Shown: positions 1 to 10,664, counted from the stretch's first letter. The stretch: 62,430 nucleotides of DNA from Phycisphaerales bacterium (GCA_030631415.1 DAOVLE010000001.1:1-62430), one strand, 5' to 3'. The notes: generated by a model from the letters alone, not told the origin. Numbers and translations are program-made.

Positions 1-138
1 ATCTCTACCGGCCCTTTGGAGGGAACCAACAACAAGATCAAGACCATGAAGCGACAAGCCTACGGCTTCCGAGACCAGGAGTTCTTCAAGCTCAAGATCC
101 TGGCACTTCATGAGACGAAGTACGCTTTAGTCGGATGA
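1..138 (+). mobile_element. 3' end of an ISL3-family transposase gene (5' part lies outside the window)
   Basis: Frame +1 is open from base 1 and reads ISTGPLEGTNNKIKTMKRQAYGFRDQEFFKLKILALHETKYALVG, then TGA at 136-138. The EGxNNKIK..KRxxYGFR..FF.KI block is the C-terminal signature I recognise from ISL3 transposases. Confidence 0.8.
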
Positions 139-418
139 ACCGTAATTCTGGCGGTGAACAGGGACAGTGTGTCCGCTGTCCGCTGAGGTTCTCGGCAGCG
201 CTACCCCTATGAATTGGGACGCTGCAAATAAGGAATCTAGCCGTACGACGGCGACGATTCCCGATGGAGGTAACAAGTCATGGTTTGATGGTTTGCCGGC
301 CCGTGCGCGTCGAGGCGAGACCGTACACGGCCGCTGAGGTTTCATCGGAAGGTCAGCAGGGGCTTTCGAGGATTGTGCCCATGAACAATCCTCATCACTT
401 CAACAAACGGAGGGAAAG

Positions 419-1120
419 ATGATGTATCGAAATATAGCAACCTCAGAGGCTGGATTCGTCCAGCAGCTGGCGGTCGGGTACGTGAATCACGGATACTGGT
501 TCTACGTGACCGGCTGCGTTCCGGACCATAAGCAGCCCGAACTGATCGACCAGAAGCTGGTCGAGAAGTACGACATCGCCGTCTCAAAATGGACCCGGGC
601 GCGCCGTAAGCGGCAGGGCCTGGCAAACGTTCACTACCTGCGACACGAGGAGTTCTTCGTGCTCATCGCCACGAAGGGCGTGCATCCGCTCTTCGAGGAA
701 GAACGAACAGTCATTCGGGACGTCCGCCGGGAGCCCATCCGCTTCGCCGGATACAGCATCGGTTACAAGCAGGGTTGCGACGGGAAATGGCATCCGTCCG
801 TACGCATTCATCCAGTCGAATACAAGTTACTGAAGGACTATTGCATGGAGCTCGCGACGCATCGGTCTGCTAGCCTGCTCGCCGAGGAGTTCCGGCGACT
901 GCGATTCGAGCCGTACGCGCCCGTACGGCGTCAACTGCTGAATATCTTACGGGCAGTAAACAGAGCGCGACGGAAGGCAGGTTTCACGCCTCTGCCCTTC
1001 ACGGCACTTCGATTGAGACGACGGATCGTGAGGCCGCTTGTTGAGTCACGGCACGACGCCCCGATTCCGAGATTCCCCACACGAAGCGAGGCAAATCAGC
1101 TTGCAGCACTCCCTCTTTGA
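419..1120 (+). CDS. hypothetical protein, basic C-terminus, family not recognised
   Basis: 233-aa ORF with protein-like composition (YWFYVTGCVPDHKQPELIDQKLVEKYDI..). I could not assign a motif. The antisense ORFs here look like shadows. Confidence 0.55.
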   Translation: MMYRNIATSEAGFVQQLAVGYVNHGYWFYVTGCVPDHKQPELIDQKLVEKYDIAVSKWTRARRKRQGLANVHYLRHEEFFVLIATKGVHPLFEEERTVIRDVRREPIRFAGYSIGYKQGCDGKWHPSVRIHPVEYKLLKDYCMELATHRSASLLAEEFRRLRFEPYAPVRRQLLNILRAVNRARRKAGFTPLPFTALRLRRRIVRPLVESRHDAPIPRFPTRSEANQLAALPL

Positions 1121-1358
1121 CCATCGTGGTCCGGGCGCACTGAACTGCATTGTGCCACCGGGGGAGGTCAGGACATCAGGCGAGCGGTCGTGGTTGACAT
1201 CCTTGAGGACCGACTGTCATTGCCACGGAAGCGGGCAGGCCATAGACCCGTGCTGGTAGGTTGTGACTCAAACGGCGGGGTCTTCCGGCCATTCGATGCT
1301 CCAGCACGGTCCCACTGCCGGGATTCGTTGCCAGCGCGTTGGTCGAAGGGCAGCATTG

Positions 1359-4300
1359 TCAAACGGACAGACGGTGACTGACGATGGTGACCAGCGTGTT
1401 CTCGCCCTCCCGAGGCTCGACACGCCGTACGACTGTCAAAACCGCGTGAGGACGGTTGAGCCAATCTGGCACGGCAGCATTGAAGTGGTATCGGCCGATG
1501 AGCCTGCCTTCAGGATGTAGAACGTCAAACCGGGCGAGACCGCGATCCGGTCTTGCACGAAGAAGGACCGTGTCTCCCGCTCGAATGCGCGCCGCGCGTC
1601 GCGGTTGAACGAGGATTCTCCGGGTGTCGGTGCCGTCTTGCACGCCTTCAAGGGTAAACTCCACCCATCGACGGCGCAGTGCGATCAGTCGCTCGGCTTC
1701 GGTTTGCTGCAGGCCACAGCTTTCGAACTCACCTACCTCTGAACTTATGAGCCACGCGACTGCCCTCGATAGTCTACCGACATCGAAGGGACACGCGCGC
1801 GCTGCAGCCTGCGCAATCTGTCGATTGAGCTGAACGTACGGGGAAAAGACGGCGGCAAGCGGATCAGGAACTCCCATCTTGAACATGGCCGGAAAGAACC
1901 CTGCCACTTCCGGCACACCACCGTCGTTCTCCTCAGGCTGCTGCTTCGCGAATGTCACAAACCCGTTCACCGCCCACGTAAGCCCATATACGCAAACGCG
2001 CTCGACGAACCGAGACAGCTCACCGGGGTCGGGGTTGAGGCCGACCGACAGACCGCGATTGGCCATGCTAAGGCAGCTTTCACCGGTGAGCCATCCTCTC
2101 ACAATCTCGCGCGTCGAATCCGGGAGTTCCGATTGCATCGACCTCACGGCGTTCATCGTCAGGCCAATATCGGCTAAAGACATGAGTAGGTCAATACGAT
2201 CAGTCTCGGGCATCTCATCCCAGAGCGCAGCATTCTGAAGAAGCCCTACGATGTGCTGACTTGCGTGCTCAACCGCGAAGCAGTCCGCCAGACTGAAACC
2301 CATCCGGTAGAAACGGTCTCGCCGGTTATCATCTGGTATTCGTCTGAATACCGAAGCGAGGCGAGCCGCCAGCAAAGACGTGGCCCCATCTTCATCGATG
2401 AGTGGAATCGGATGCGTGCCTAATTGCGCAAACAGAAGCGATTCGCGAAGCACTTCCTGCAACCGGTCTGGTTGACTGGGTCCAAACCCTGCCTCAGCGG
2501 CCACGGCGAGGAGATGTTGGTCGATCAGATCGAAGATGAACTGAAGCGTCGATCTTTCGTCCTCTTCGGCCCACGTAAAGTCGTTCTCGGCTAGTTTCAG
2601 GCACAGGCCTGCGAAATCGACGTCGGGGGCGCTGCGCGTCCACACGCGACCCAGATAGGTCAATGCACGGTGGAGAAGGCCAATGACTGCGTCAACCGCA
2701 GCCTGCTCGATCAGGGCACGAGCCATATCCTGTTGTCGCCGCACTCCCCAGGACGGTTTCGTCTCGTCAATGAAGAAGAGAACCTGCCCTTCGTTCTCCT
2801 GCATTGCTCGGCCGGCGCGCCCTGCGATGTTCCAGAAGGTGGAGCTGTCTACCTGCGAATGCTGGCTTTGTTGTAGACCACGAACGAGCACTGTGCGAAC
2901 CGGGAGATTTACTCCTTGCCCAAGAGTCGTGGTCGCCACGATGAGCCGCAGTTGACCCGACCGAATCAATCGCTCGATTGCGATCCGAACGCGCGTTGGA
3001 AGGCTACCATGGTGAACTGCCACGCCACTTTGGACGAAACCGGCTACTTCGGAGTTCTCGCCCAGTTCTTCCGCGATCGTTGCTAAGCACTCGCGCATGG
3101 TTGCAGTTGTCGGATCCGGCGCCTGAAACGTGGAGACTTCGCCATCCGACTCCGCCACAGCAGCCATAAGACGTATCGCGAACAGGATCTCTCGTGCGGT
3201 TGCGAAGACCTGACGGGCCTGAGGAACGAATGCCATCGTCGTACCAGAGGCGCTGAATCGCACAGCGGTGGCGGCGTATGCCTCTGCGGCGTTGTGCGGG
3301 AATGCGTTGCGCCGTCGGCCCGCACCCTCCAGTCCTTGTACCTGTCGCACGCGAACGAAACGGGGAACGAAGGTCGCCTGCTCCAGACGAGTGGCGCCTC
3401 GATGTGAGTATTCCAGCCGAACACGCGCACGATTCCACTGGAACGTGCCCAGTACGAGCCGAGACGGGCGCCAGTCCGATTGCACGACCTCCCCCGTGGG
3501 ACCTCCGATCCAACTGGCGAAATCCTGTGGATTTGGGAGGACAGCAGATACGAACACGTGGCGACAACGCTCACGCCCCAAGCGGTACAGCAGGCGATTA
3601 ATCAAGAACTCTGCCCTTAGGCCACGCTCGGAGATGTCGCCAGCCATGTGGCCTTCATCGAAGACAACGAGACGAACGGCTTCAAGTAGTTCGGGAGCAA
3701 GTCGTACGACGGCATCCAGCTTCTCCGGCGTGGCAATGAGGATCTGAGTGTCCTGAATCAGTTGTTCTTCTGCCGCTGAGACGTCGAAACCGCCGTAGAC
3801 CTCAGAAACTCGAATGCCAAGCGCTCGTAGGCCATCTCGAAGTGTTGACTCGATCTCAGCCGCCAGCGAGCGATACGGCGCAATATAGATGCACTTGGCG
3901 TCGGGATCCGTAAGATTGTCGAGCAGGGCTCGGACTATCGCAAACTCTGCAATCTTCGTCTTGCCAGCGCTCGTTGGCATTCGAATGCAGAAGCTGGGCG
4001 CGGCAGGGTCCTTGATAACATCGAGAGCGTGTTTCTGGGAGGGCCACAAAGAGACGATCGCGGGGTCACGGGGCGCATGCCCCTGGATGTAACGTCGGAT
4101 GGGGGCTCCATCGGGCAGTCTCGGTCCGATGTCAGCCAGCCCGCGCCACAGGCTTGAATCTCCCAACTCGCGCAGAAGGTGCTCTGTCGCGCGACCCCAC
4201 CACCACAGATCGACGTGACGGGCGTCCCGTGCCAGATCGGCAACTTGTCCACACCGCAGAATGGCACGTTCCAGGAGGCTTTCATCGCCCGACTTCACGT

Positions 4301-4916
4301 ACTCCAGATACTCCGAAAGGGAATTCACTAGGCTTCGCCGTCCAAGGTTCGCGATAGCGTTGTCATCCTCGGACTCGCCCGCTGCCAAGTTCTCCGCGAG
4401 ACCTTCGTCGCTGAAGTCACGCACATCAAAGAAGGCGTATGTACGCTCTCGGGCATCTCGCAGCTCCCGGCGCAGCAAAGATACGATGAGCCGCGGAAAC
4501 TCACTCAACTCAGCATCCGGCGCAGCCAGACGCTGGATCAAGACGTACGAACGAGCATGGAATCCTGCGATGTGATACGCAATGGCCGACTTGAGGATCT
4601 CATCATGGGTGGACCTACCAAGGGTGCCTGTTGAGCAGAGGAACTCCAGCGCTTCTGCGCCTCGCGATAGGAGGTTGCACGCGAGTGGTCTCGACGTCGT
4701 GCCTGGAAACAACTCGAGACCGTTCGAGATCATCTGGTTAGCGGAGTACAACAGCCGTTCGTCCAGGTCGCTTCGGAACGCCGGCCATTCATCCCGTGGG
4801 GTTTCGAGATTATGCAGAATACACCGCGCATGTCCCTGTGCGTGCAGATTCAGCCCCGAGGTATCGGTGAGTGCCGAACGCATTCGGGCTGCAAGTTGTT
4901 CCAGGTCTCGCGGCAT
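1359..4916 (-). CDS. hamB: Ski2-like superfamily-2 DExH helicase, HamB-like (Hachiman helicase component)
   Basis: 1185-aa ORF with Walker A MPTSAGKTKIAE, a DExH-type box VVFDEGHM and a motif VI region ATTTLGQGVNLPVRTVLV. It starts 3 nt after the stop of a small PD-(D/E)xK-like protein, which is the Hachiman gene order. Confidence 0.65.
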   Translation of the reverse strand: MPRDLEQLAARMRSALTDTSGLNLHAQGHARCILHNLETPRDEWPAFRSDLDERLLYSANQMISNGLELFPGTTSRPLACNLLSRGAEALEFLCSTGTLGRSTHDEILKSAIAYHIAGFHARSYVLIQRLAAPDAELSEFPRLIVSLLRRELRDARERTYAFFDVRDFSDEGLAENLAAGESEDDNAIANLGRRSLVNSLSEYLEYVKSGDESLLERAILRCGQVADLARDARHVDLWWWGRATEHLLRELGDSSLWRGLADIGPRLPDGAPIRRYIQGHAPRDPAIVSLWPSQKHALDVIKDPAAPSFCIRMPTSAGKTKIAEFAIVRALLDNLTDPDAKCIYIAPYRSLAAEIESTLRDGLRALGIRVSEVYGGFDVSAAEEQLIQDTQILIATPEKLDAVVRLAPELLEAVRLVVFDEGHMAGDISERGLRAEFLINRLLYRLGRERCRHVFVSAVLPNPQDFASWIGGPTGEVVQSDWRPSRLVLGTFQWNRARVRLEYSHRGATRLEQATFVPRFVRVRQVQGLEGAGRRRNAFPHNAAEAYAATAVRFSASGTTMAFVPQARQVFATAREILFAIRLMAAVAESDGEVSTFQAPDPTTATMRECLATIAEELGENSEVAGFVQSGVAVHHGSLPTRVRIAIERLIRSGQLRLIVATTTLGQGVNLPVRTVLVRGLQQSQHSQVDSSTFWNIAGRAGRAMQENEGQVLFFIDETKPSWGVRRQQDMARALIEQAAVDAVIGLLHRALTYLGRVWTRSAPDVDFAGLCLKLAENDFTWAEEDERSTLQFIFDLIDQHLLAVAAEAGFGPSQPDRLQEVLRESLLFAQLGTHPIPLIDEDGATSLLAARLASVFRRIPDDNRRDRFYRMGFSLADCFAVEHASQHIVGLLQNAALWDEMPETDRIDLLMSLADIGLTMNAVRSMQSELPDSTREIVRGWLTGESCLSMANRGLSVGLNPDPGELSRFVERVCVYGLTWAVNGFVTFAKQQPEENDGGVPEVAGFFPAMFKMGVPDPLAAVFSPYVQLNRQIAQAAARACPFDVGRLSRAVAWLISSEVGEFESCGLQQTEAERLIALRRRWVEFTLEGVQDGTDTRRILVQPRRAARIRAGDTVLLRARPDRGLARFDVLHPEGRLIGRYHFNAAVPDWLNRPHAVLTVVRRVEPREGENTLVTIVSHRLSV

Positions 4917-4919
4917 TCG

Positions 4920-5747
4920 CTAGGGTTCTGGATGAGCGGGATTCTCAAAAAGGTCGGTAACAAACTCCGAGAGTGCGCTGATGCTTAAGTTCGCACAATG
5001 AAGGTTGGGGACAACATCCTGATCGTCCTCCAGGCAGCGAAAGGGATCATCCGGCTGTCGCTGGTTTATCAGGAATATCCAATTGTCACGCGGAAAGTGG
5101 CCACTCCTTAGGTGGTCAGAAACTGCATCAATCTGTTGTTCGAGCTGGTCATTGCCGACCTCGTAGAGGATTTCGGCAATCATGGAGAGCGTCATCGGAC
5201 GTGGTTGATACGCCTTCTGAAGCCTCTCGTGCGCCTGGGTCACCGTCGCGCGCCCGTATCGTACGACAGCTTTCGCTTCGCCGACGATGACGCGTTGAAT
5301 CTGCTGTTGGGCGTTTAGCTCAAACGCCACGATATCTTCACCCCGCATTGGGAGATTGTGGCTATCTCGATACCGGATCTTGAGGACGGGCATCGAGTAG
5401 CCATACCGCTGGATCACATGCTCGGATGCAACCACTTCGCCGAAATTGCCCTTACGCGTACGGTCGTTTCTTGGAAGTTCCTCGCGAAAGAAGCGAGCTA
5501 CATGCGTGTGGCCCAATGCCGCAAGACGGTCAGCAATTCGTCGGCGATGGAAGTGATGATCGACAATCGCTCGACTAAGGGAGTCGCGGATAACCTCGCG
5601 GCTTCCTTCGATCTCGGACAGGGGGTGATGCTCAAGCTGCGTGTACGGCTGGGGAGTCCCGGGAGTCAACCAATGGAGGTCGTACGTGTCGCGGCACAGT
5701 TCAGGCGTGGCGTCATCGTGCTCAGGGTTGGGAGCTCGCGTCGTCAT
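4920..5747 (-). CDS. hamA: HamA-like (DUF1837-type) PD-(D/E)xK protein
   Basis: I chose the internal start MTTRAPNPEHDD because its ATG (5745-5747) overlaps the hsdR stop as ATGA. The sequence contains GEDIVAFEL...RVIVGEAKAV, i.e. a D...ExK nuclease-like motif. Size (275 aa) and position directly upstream of a Ski2-like helicase fit HamA. Confidence 0.55.
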   Translation of the reverse strand: MTTRAPNPEHDDATPELCRDTYDLHWLTPGTPQPYTQLEHHPLSEIEGSREVIRDSLSRAIVDHHFHRRRIADRLAALGHTHVARFFREELPRNDRTRKGNFGEVVASEHVIQRYGYSMPVLKIRYRDSHNLPMRGEDIVAFELNAQQQIQRVIVGEAKAVVRYGRATVTQAHERLQKAYQPRPMTLSMIAEILYEVGNDQLEQQIDAVSDHLRSGHFPRDNWIFLINQRQPDDPFRCLEDDQDVVPNLHCANLSISALSEFVTDLFENPAHPEP

Positions 5748-8698
5748 GCCGCATCGTCTTCGTAGGTGACATTGAAGATCGTGTCCGCCAGCCACTTCTT
5801 GAAACTGGGGTTGTCGCTGAACTGCTTGAATAGCTCAGTGTGATCAGCCAGCATGCTGATGACGACCTTCTGAAGCGCCCGATCGTGTTCCAACCGCGCG
5901 GCCGCTTTGTCGCTGTTCTTCATCGCGTTTTGATACGCCTTGTCCGCCGCGACCTTCTCCGGGATTTCCTCCGCGATCACCTGACGGATGCGGTCGGCGT
6001 CCTTCCAGTCGATGTTGCCGAACTGGTCGTTGAAGGCCTTGATGATGTTGCTGAGTCGGTCGAGTTCGGGTTCGGGTTTCCGCCCGCCGCCGATGGTGGG
6101 TACGGGACCGACCTCGCCGTCCTCGTCAGCCAGCGCCAGCTTGAGTGTCTCCTTTACCTCGTTGCGGTAGCTGTCCATGTCGATGGCTTCGAGAATGCCC
6201 TTCGACAGATCCTCCTCCTTCGGAGCCGGCAACTTCGGGATGAGGAAGTTCAGGAAGATCGACAGCTTCTCCCACTCGGCGTTCGTGTAGGGCAGGATCG
6301 ACGCTAGAAACTGGTACGTCCGTACGAACGCCTTAGCCTTGCCCTTGAAGCTAACCTGCCCATCTTCGTCCAGGTCGCCGTTGTAAACCGCAACGCAGGC
6401 GTCAAGGATCGGGTCGAGCTTGTCGCGGTCCGCGCCGCCGAGAAACAGCTCGACCAGTTGGTCCACCTGCGCCCACGCATACACCTGATAGCCGTCCAGC
6501 GTGCCCTTGAGGTCGTGCAGCTTGTTGGGATCGGTCTCCTCGCTGAGGACCGTCGTGCGGTAGTAGTCGGCGAACGCCATCGTGATCGTGTCGGCATCGT
6601 TCATGAAATCGAGCACGAACGTGTCGGTCTTCTGAGGGTGCGCCCGGTTCAGCCGCGAGAGCGTTTGCACTGCCTTGATCCCGGAGAGCAGCTTGTCCAC
6701 GTACATCGTATGGAGCAGTGGCTCGTCGTAGCCAGTCTGGAACTTGTCCGCCACGATCAGGAACCGATACGGACCCTGCTGGAACTTCTTCTCAATCTGC
6801 GCGCTGGGGAACTCGTTGAGCCTCGCTTCGGTCACCTGCCGCCCGCCGTCCTCGTGCTCCCCGGAAAACGCCACGATGGCCTGATATTGACTCTTGCGTT
6901 CCTTCAGATAAGCCGAAACTGCGTGGTAGTACTGGATCGCCCGCGCGATACCGCTGCAGATCACCATCGATCGCGCCCTGTTACCAATTCTCCGGGCGAC
7001 CTTGTCGTGAAAGTGGTCCACCATGATCTCGGCCTTTTGCCGGATCGCGTGCTCGTGCGACTCGACATACCGCCGCAGCTTCTTCTTCGCCTTGGTCGTG
7101 TCGAACTCCGGATCGTCTTCCACCGTTTTCATCAGCCGGTAGTAGCTGTCCACCGGCGTATAGTTGGCCAGCACGTCCAGGATGAACCCCTCCTGGATCG
7201 CCTGCTTCATCGTGTAGCTGTGGAACGGCCGATGGCGCACCTTGTCGCCCTCGGGCACCGGCTCGCCGAAGATCTCCAGCGTCTTGTTCTTCGGTGTGGC
7301 CGTGAAGGCGAAGTAGCTGGCGTTGGCCAGCATCTTCCGCGCCTCCATTATCCGGTTGATCTGATCCTCGTAGGTCTCCTCTTCTTCCTCGCCGCCGTTC
7401 TCGGCCAGGGCGATATTCATCTTCGCAGACGTGCGGCCACCCTGACTGGAATGTGCCTCGTCGATGATGATGGCGAACTTCCGCCCACGATGCTCATCGC
7501 CGATTTCGTCGAGGATGAACGGGAACTTCTGGACGGTCGAGATGATGATCTTCTTGCCGGCCTTGAGGAACCGCCGCAGGTCGCCGCTGCGCTCGGCGTG
7601 GCCAACCGTGGCCGACACTTGGGCGAACTGCTTGATCGTATCCTTGATCTGCTTATCCAGCACACGGCGGTCGGTCACGACAATCACCGAGTCGAACAAC
7701 GCCGCGCCACTACCTCCGGAGTCTCCGTCATCCAGCCCAATGAGCTGATGCGCCAGCCACGCGATGGAGTTGCTCTTGCCGCTCCCCGCAGAGTGCTCGA
7801 TCAGATACCGTTTGCCCACGCCCCTGGCCTTCGCGTCCGCCAGGAGTTTTCGCACCACGTCGAGTTGGTGGTAGCGCGGGAAGATCTGCTTCGGTGCTTT
7901 CTTTCGGCCCTTCTCGTCTTTCTCCTCCACGACCTGGGCGTAGTTCTCGATGATGTCCGTTAGCCTGGCCTTGCTCAGCACCTGCTCCCACAGGTAGGCC
8001 GTCTTGAGCCCATCGGGATTCGGCGGGTTACCCGCGCCGTCGTTGAAGCCCTTGTTGAACGGCAGGAACCACGAGTCCCAGGCTTTGAGGTGCGTACACA
8101 TCCGCACCTCTTGGTCGTCCACGGCGAAGTGCACCATGCACCGGCCGAACTGGAACAGCAGTTCCTTCGGGTTGCGGTCGCGCTTGTACTGCTGCACGGC
8201 GTCCTCGACCGTCTGCTTGGTCAGCCGGTTCTTCAGTTCAAACGTCGCCACCGGCAGGCCGTTGATGAACAGCCCGAGGTCCAGCGAGAGTTGCGTCTCG
8301 TCCTTGCTGTACCGCAGTTGCCGCGTCACGCTGAAGATATTGGCCGCGAAGCGCTCCTCGGCTTTGACGTTTCCAGGCGTCGGCGTGCCGTAGAACAGGT
8401 CCATGTGGACCGGACCGTGCTTGACCCCGTGGCGAAGCACGTCGATCACGCCGCGCTTGGCGATCTCGCCCTGGAGCCGGTGAAGGAACTGCGTGCGCTT
8501 TGGCCCATCCTGCCCCAGTTCCAGCGCCTCGGCGGCCTTGGGCTGCGTGGCGGTGACGAAGGCCAGCAACTGCGCCAAGTCCACGGCGTGGTCGCGATCG
8601 TAGTCCTCGCTGTGGCCCTGCGAATACCCGGCCGCGCTCACGAGCGACTCGACGATCAAGGCTTCCAAGCCTTTCTCGCTGGTGTCAGTTGTGGGCAT
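5744..8698 (-). CDS. hsdR: type I restriction enzyme, R subunit
   Basis: 984 aa with a typical HsdR N-terminus MPTTDTSEKGLEALIVESL, Walker A IEHSAGSGKSNS and a DEAH box IIIDEAHSSQ. It overlaps the end of hsdS by 14 nt. Confidence 0.9.
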   Translation of the reverse strand: MPTTDTSEKGLEALIVESLVSAAGYSQGHSEDYDRDHAVDLAQLLAFVTATQPKAAEALELGQDGPKRTQFLHRLQGEIAKRGVIDVLRHGVKHGPVHMDLFYGTPTPGNVKAEERFAANIFSVTRQLRYSKDETQLSLDLGLFINGLPVATFELKNRLTKQTVEDAVQQYKRDRNPKELLFQFGRCMVHFAVDDQEVRMCTHLKAWDSWFLPFNKGFNDGAGNPPNPDGLKTAYLWEQVLSKARLTDIIENYAQVVEEKDEKGRKKAPKQIFPRYHQLDVVRKLLADAKARGVGKRYLIEHSAGSGKSNSIAWLAHQLIGLDDGDSGGSGAALFDSVIVVTDRRVLDKQIKDTIKQFAQVSATVGHAERSGDLRRFLKAGKKIIISTVQKFPFILDEIGDEHRGRKFAIIIDEAHSSQGGRTSAKMNIALAENGGEEEEETYEDQINRIMEARKMLANASYFAFTATPKNKTLEIFGEPVPEGDKVRHRPFHSYTMKQAIQEGFILDVLANYTPVDSYYRLMKTVEDDPEFDTTKAKKKLRRYVESHEHAIRQKAEIMVDHFHDKVARRIGNRARSMVICSGIARAIQYYHAVSAYLKERKSQYQAIVAFSGEHEDGGRQVTEARLNEFPSAQIEKKFQQGPYRFLIVADKFQTGYDEPLLHTMYVDKLLSGIKAVQTLSRLNRAHPQKTDTFVLDFMNDADTITMAFADYYRTTVLSEETDPNKLHDLKGTLDGYQVYAWAQVDQLVELFLGGADRDKLDPILDACVAVYNGDLDEDGQVSFKGKAKAFVRTYQFLASILPYTNAEWEKLSIFLNFLIPKLPAPKEEDLSKGILEAIDMDSYRNEVKETLKLALADEDGEVGPVPTIGGGRKPEPELDRLSNIIKAFNDQFGNIDWKDADRIRQVIAEEIPEKVAADKAYQNAMKNSDKAAARLEHDRALQKVVISMLADHTELFKQFSDNPSFKKWLADTIFNVTYEDDAA

Positions 8699-10664
8699 GC
8701 GACGCCCCCTTCTCGGGTGTGAGACCGTTCTTCTTCATCCAAGCAATCGCCTTGCGCCACCGTTCCTCGGCGATCTTCTGCTTAGATGGGTGCCAGTGGT
8801 GAAGCACCTGCTCCACGATTTGGTCGTCCGTCACGTCGTTGCAGTTGTCCAGCAGATCCTCCCACGCAGCATAGAGCGTGGCAACGATCTCACATTGGTC
8901 TGTCTTGGCAGTGCGAAAGATGTCGATGATCTCATCAAACCGCGACGCCACGTTGCCAAAATAGCGGTCGAAGTATCCACTATGTCCACCTGCCTTGGCG
9001 AGCGGGACATAGCGGTAGCCCTTGTCACCCTTCCGGGCCTCATACCACTGCTGCTTTTTTAGCTGGCTGTCAATGGACCGGAGGGCGCGGTTGTCGTAGG
9101 GGCCGGCGGCCTGACGATGGTACGTTGACCCGGTGTCCACACTACACCGCTTCTCGCACAGGAAGATCAGCTTCTCGAACTTCACGTGGCCGAAGGTCGG
9201 TTCCTTGTGGAGCCGTTGTACGATCTCGGCCGCGAATACCGATCGACGGAAGTGGACATTGGCGGTGCGTCTGGGCTTAACCGGCATAGTGGCCGCAGGG
9301 GTCACAGCAGTCTGGCGGATGTCCAGCTTGCCCGTCACCACATCGCTAATCAGGCGTGTGCGATACTCGCGGATCAGGTCGATCTCACGTTGTGCCTTCT
9401 GCTGAGCATTGCGAAATACATTAACTTGACCATCTAACCAATCAAGGATTCTGTCTTGCTCATCGAGCGGAGGTATGCCGAGTGAGTTCGAGAAGTAGGC
9501 TCGCTCGTCAAGATTCTGGATTCCTGTAGTCTGCTTGATCGACGGAACGTTACGTCTAGTCGCTTGTAGAAAGGCGAGAACGAACAGCAGAAACCGAGAA
9601 CGAACGACGGTACTATCCGGTCGAAGGCGGGAGATGAAATTGGAGGTGATGGCCGGTTGCGCAAGATCAAAGGCAACCACACGTCCAACAGGTTCAGCAT
9701 CACCGCCGCCAGATTTCTCCATCACGATGTCACCGGGGCGCAACATCCTTGATTCGCGTGCCCTCGCTGGAATCGCCCTGAGCGTCAGTTTGGCCGATGA
9801 AATCCCCAGATTCACCATATCGAAATCTGCAACACGGACACAGATAACATGATCGCTCCGGTTATCATCGGTCGGATCGTCACCCCATAAGCCTGCTGTC
9901 ACGCTTTCCAAGCAGGATCGAATACGGCGAACCTCCCAGTGCTCGGGGATGTCGCCGAGCCAGTCGATGCCGGAGGGTTTGAGGGGGACATTGGGGTCGA
10001 GGCCGCGGGTCACGGCCCGGTTGATGATGGCCTGCTTCTGCTCGTTCAACACCACGATCAGCCGTCGCCGATTGCGGATGAAGTGGCGCACGGCAATGGC
10101 GTTGGCATCGAGGAAGTCAGCGATGGCTTTCTGTTCGTCAGGGGGCGGGAGGAATATCGTGAACTGGCCGAGCGTCGTTCGGTTTGTGGAGGCGAGATTC
10201 GTGGTTTTCTTCGCGGTGCGCAGGAAATACGTTCGGCCGTGATTGCTTTCCATCATCAGCGACAGGAAGCGCGATGAGAGCCGGTCCGGCGCAGGCCGAA
10301 CCGCGAAGATGTGATTCTGGTGGAGGCAGCCGTCAATCTCACCGTGCCAGATTGCCCCTCGTCCAAGCTTGTCTATGTCGCCGCCTTCCGTGACGACAAC
10401 GTCGCCGTGCCGCAACTCGCACGCGCGGGCTTCCGATAACGGGACTGCAACACGCTTGATGTGCTTCAGGCTCAGATAGCCGTTCTGCACATTCGCCACG
10501 CGGAGGTATGGGCGTTCTACAAGGGGAACCTGATCGTACTTCTTGCCGAGTGTCACACCCGTTTGAATGCGCGTCACTCGCTTGAGCTTCGTCTCGTGCC
10601 AGTGCGCCGGCACCTTGCCCAGCCACGGCAAGCCGGAATCGCGATAGTCCGGGTACGCCCTCAT
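8685..10664 (-). CDS. hsdS: type I R-M specificity subunit with an extra ~200-aa C-terminal domain
   Basis: The HsdS start is LPWLGKVPAHWHETKLKRV. The two conserved repeat helices are LPPPDEQKAIADFLD and IPPLDEQDRILDWLD. The protein then continues for about 200 more residues (VHFRRSVFAAEIVQRLHKEPTFGHVKFEKLIFLCE...AAGPYDNRAL...), which normal HsdS proteins lack. Confidence 0.85.
   Translation of the reverse strand: MRAYPDYRDSGLPWLGKVPAHWHETKLKRVTRIQTGVTLGKKYDQVPLVERPYLRVANVQNGYLSLKHIKRVAVPLSEARACELRHGDVVVTEGGDIDKLGRGAIWHGEIDGCLHQNHIFAVRPAPDRLSSRFLSLMMESNHGRTYFLRTAKKTTNLASTNRTTLGQFTIFLPPPDEQKAIADFLDANAIAVRHFIRNRRRLIVVLNEQKQAIINRAVTRGLDPNVPLKPSGIDWLGDIPEHWEVRRIRSCLESVTAGLWGDDPTDDNRSDHVICVRVADFDMVNLGISSAKLTLRAIPARARESRMLRPGDIVMEKSGGGDAEPVGRVVAFDLAQPAITSNFISRLRPDSTVVRSRFLLFVLAFLQATRRNVPSIKQTTGIQNLDERAYFSNSLGIPPLDEQDRILDWLDGQVNVFRNAQQKAQREIDLIREYRTRLISDVVTGKLDIRQTAVTPAATMPVKPRRTANVHFRRSVFAAEIVQRLHKEPTFGHVKFEKLIFLCEKRCSVDTGSTYHRQAAGPYDNRALRSIDSQLKKQQWYEARKGDKGYRYVPLAKAGGHSGYFDRYFGNVASRFDEIIDIFRTAKTDQCEIVATLYAAWEDLLDNCNDVTDDQIVEQVLHHWHPSKQKIAEERWRKAIAWMKKNGLTPEKGASHAHN

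Noticed and set aside
6458-7963. A 501-aa plus-strand ORF, and similar long antisense ORFs at 11728-12321, 13042-13560, 17179-18099, 22431-23555, 35390-36307, 37046-38461, 53369-54247, 58925-59620 and 60660-61250.
   Set aside because: All lie antisense to genes with clear catalytic motifs. Their composition is the L/V/R/H/D- or S/T/P-rich pattern typical of shadow ORFs in high-GC DNA, and none has a recognisable motif.
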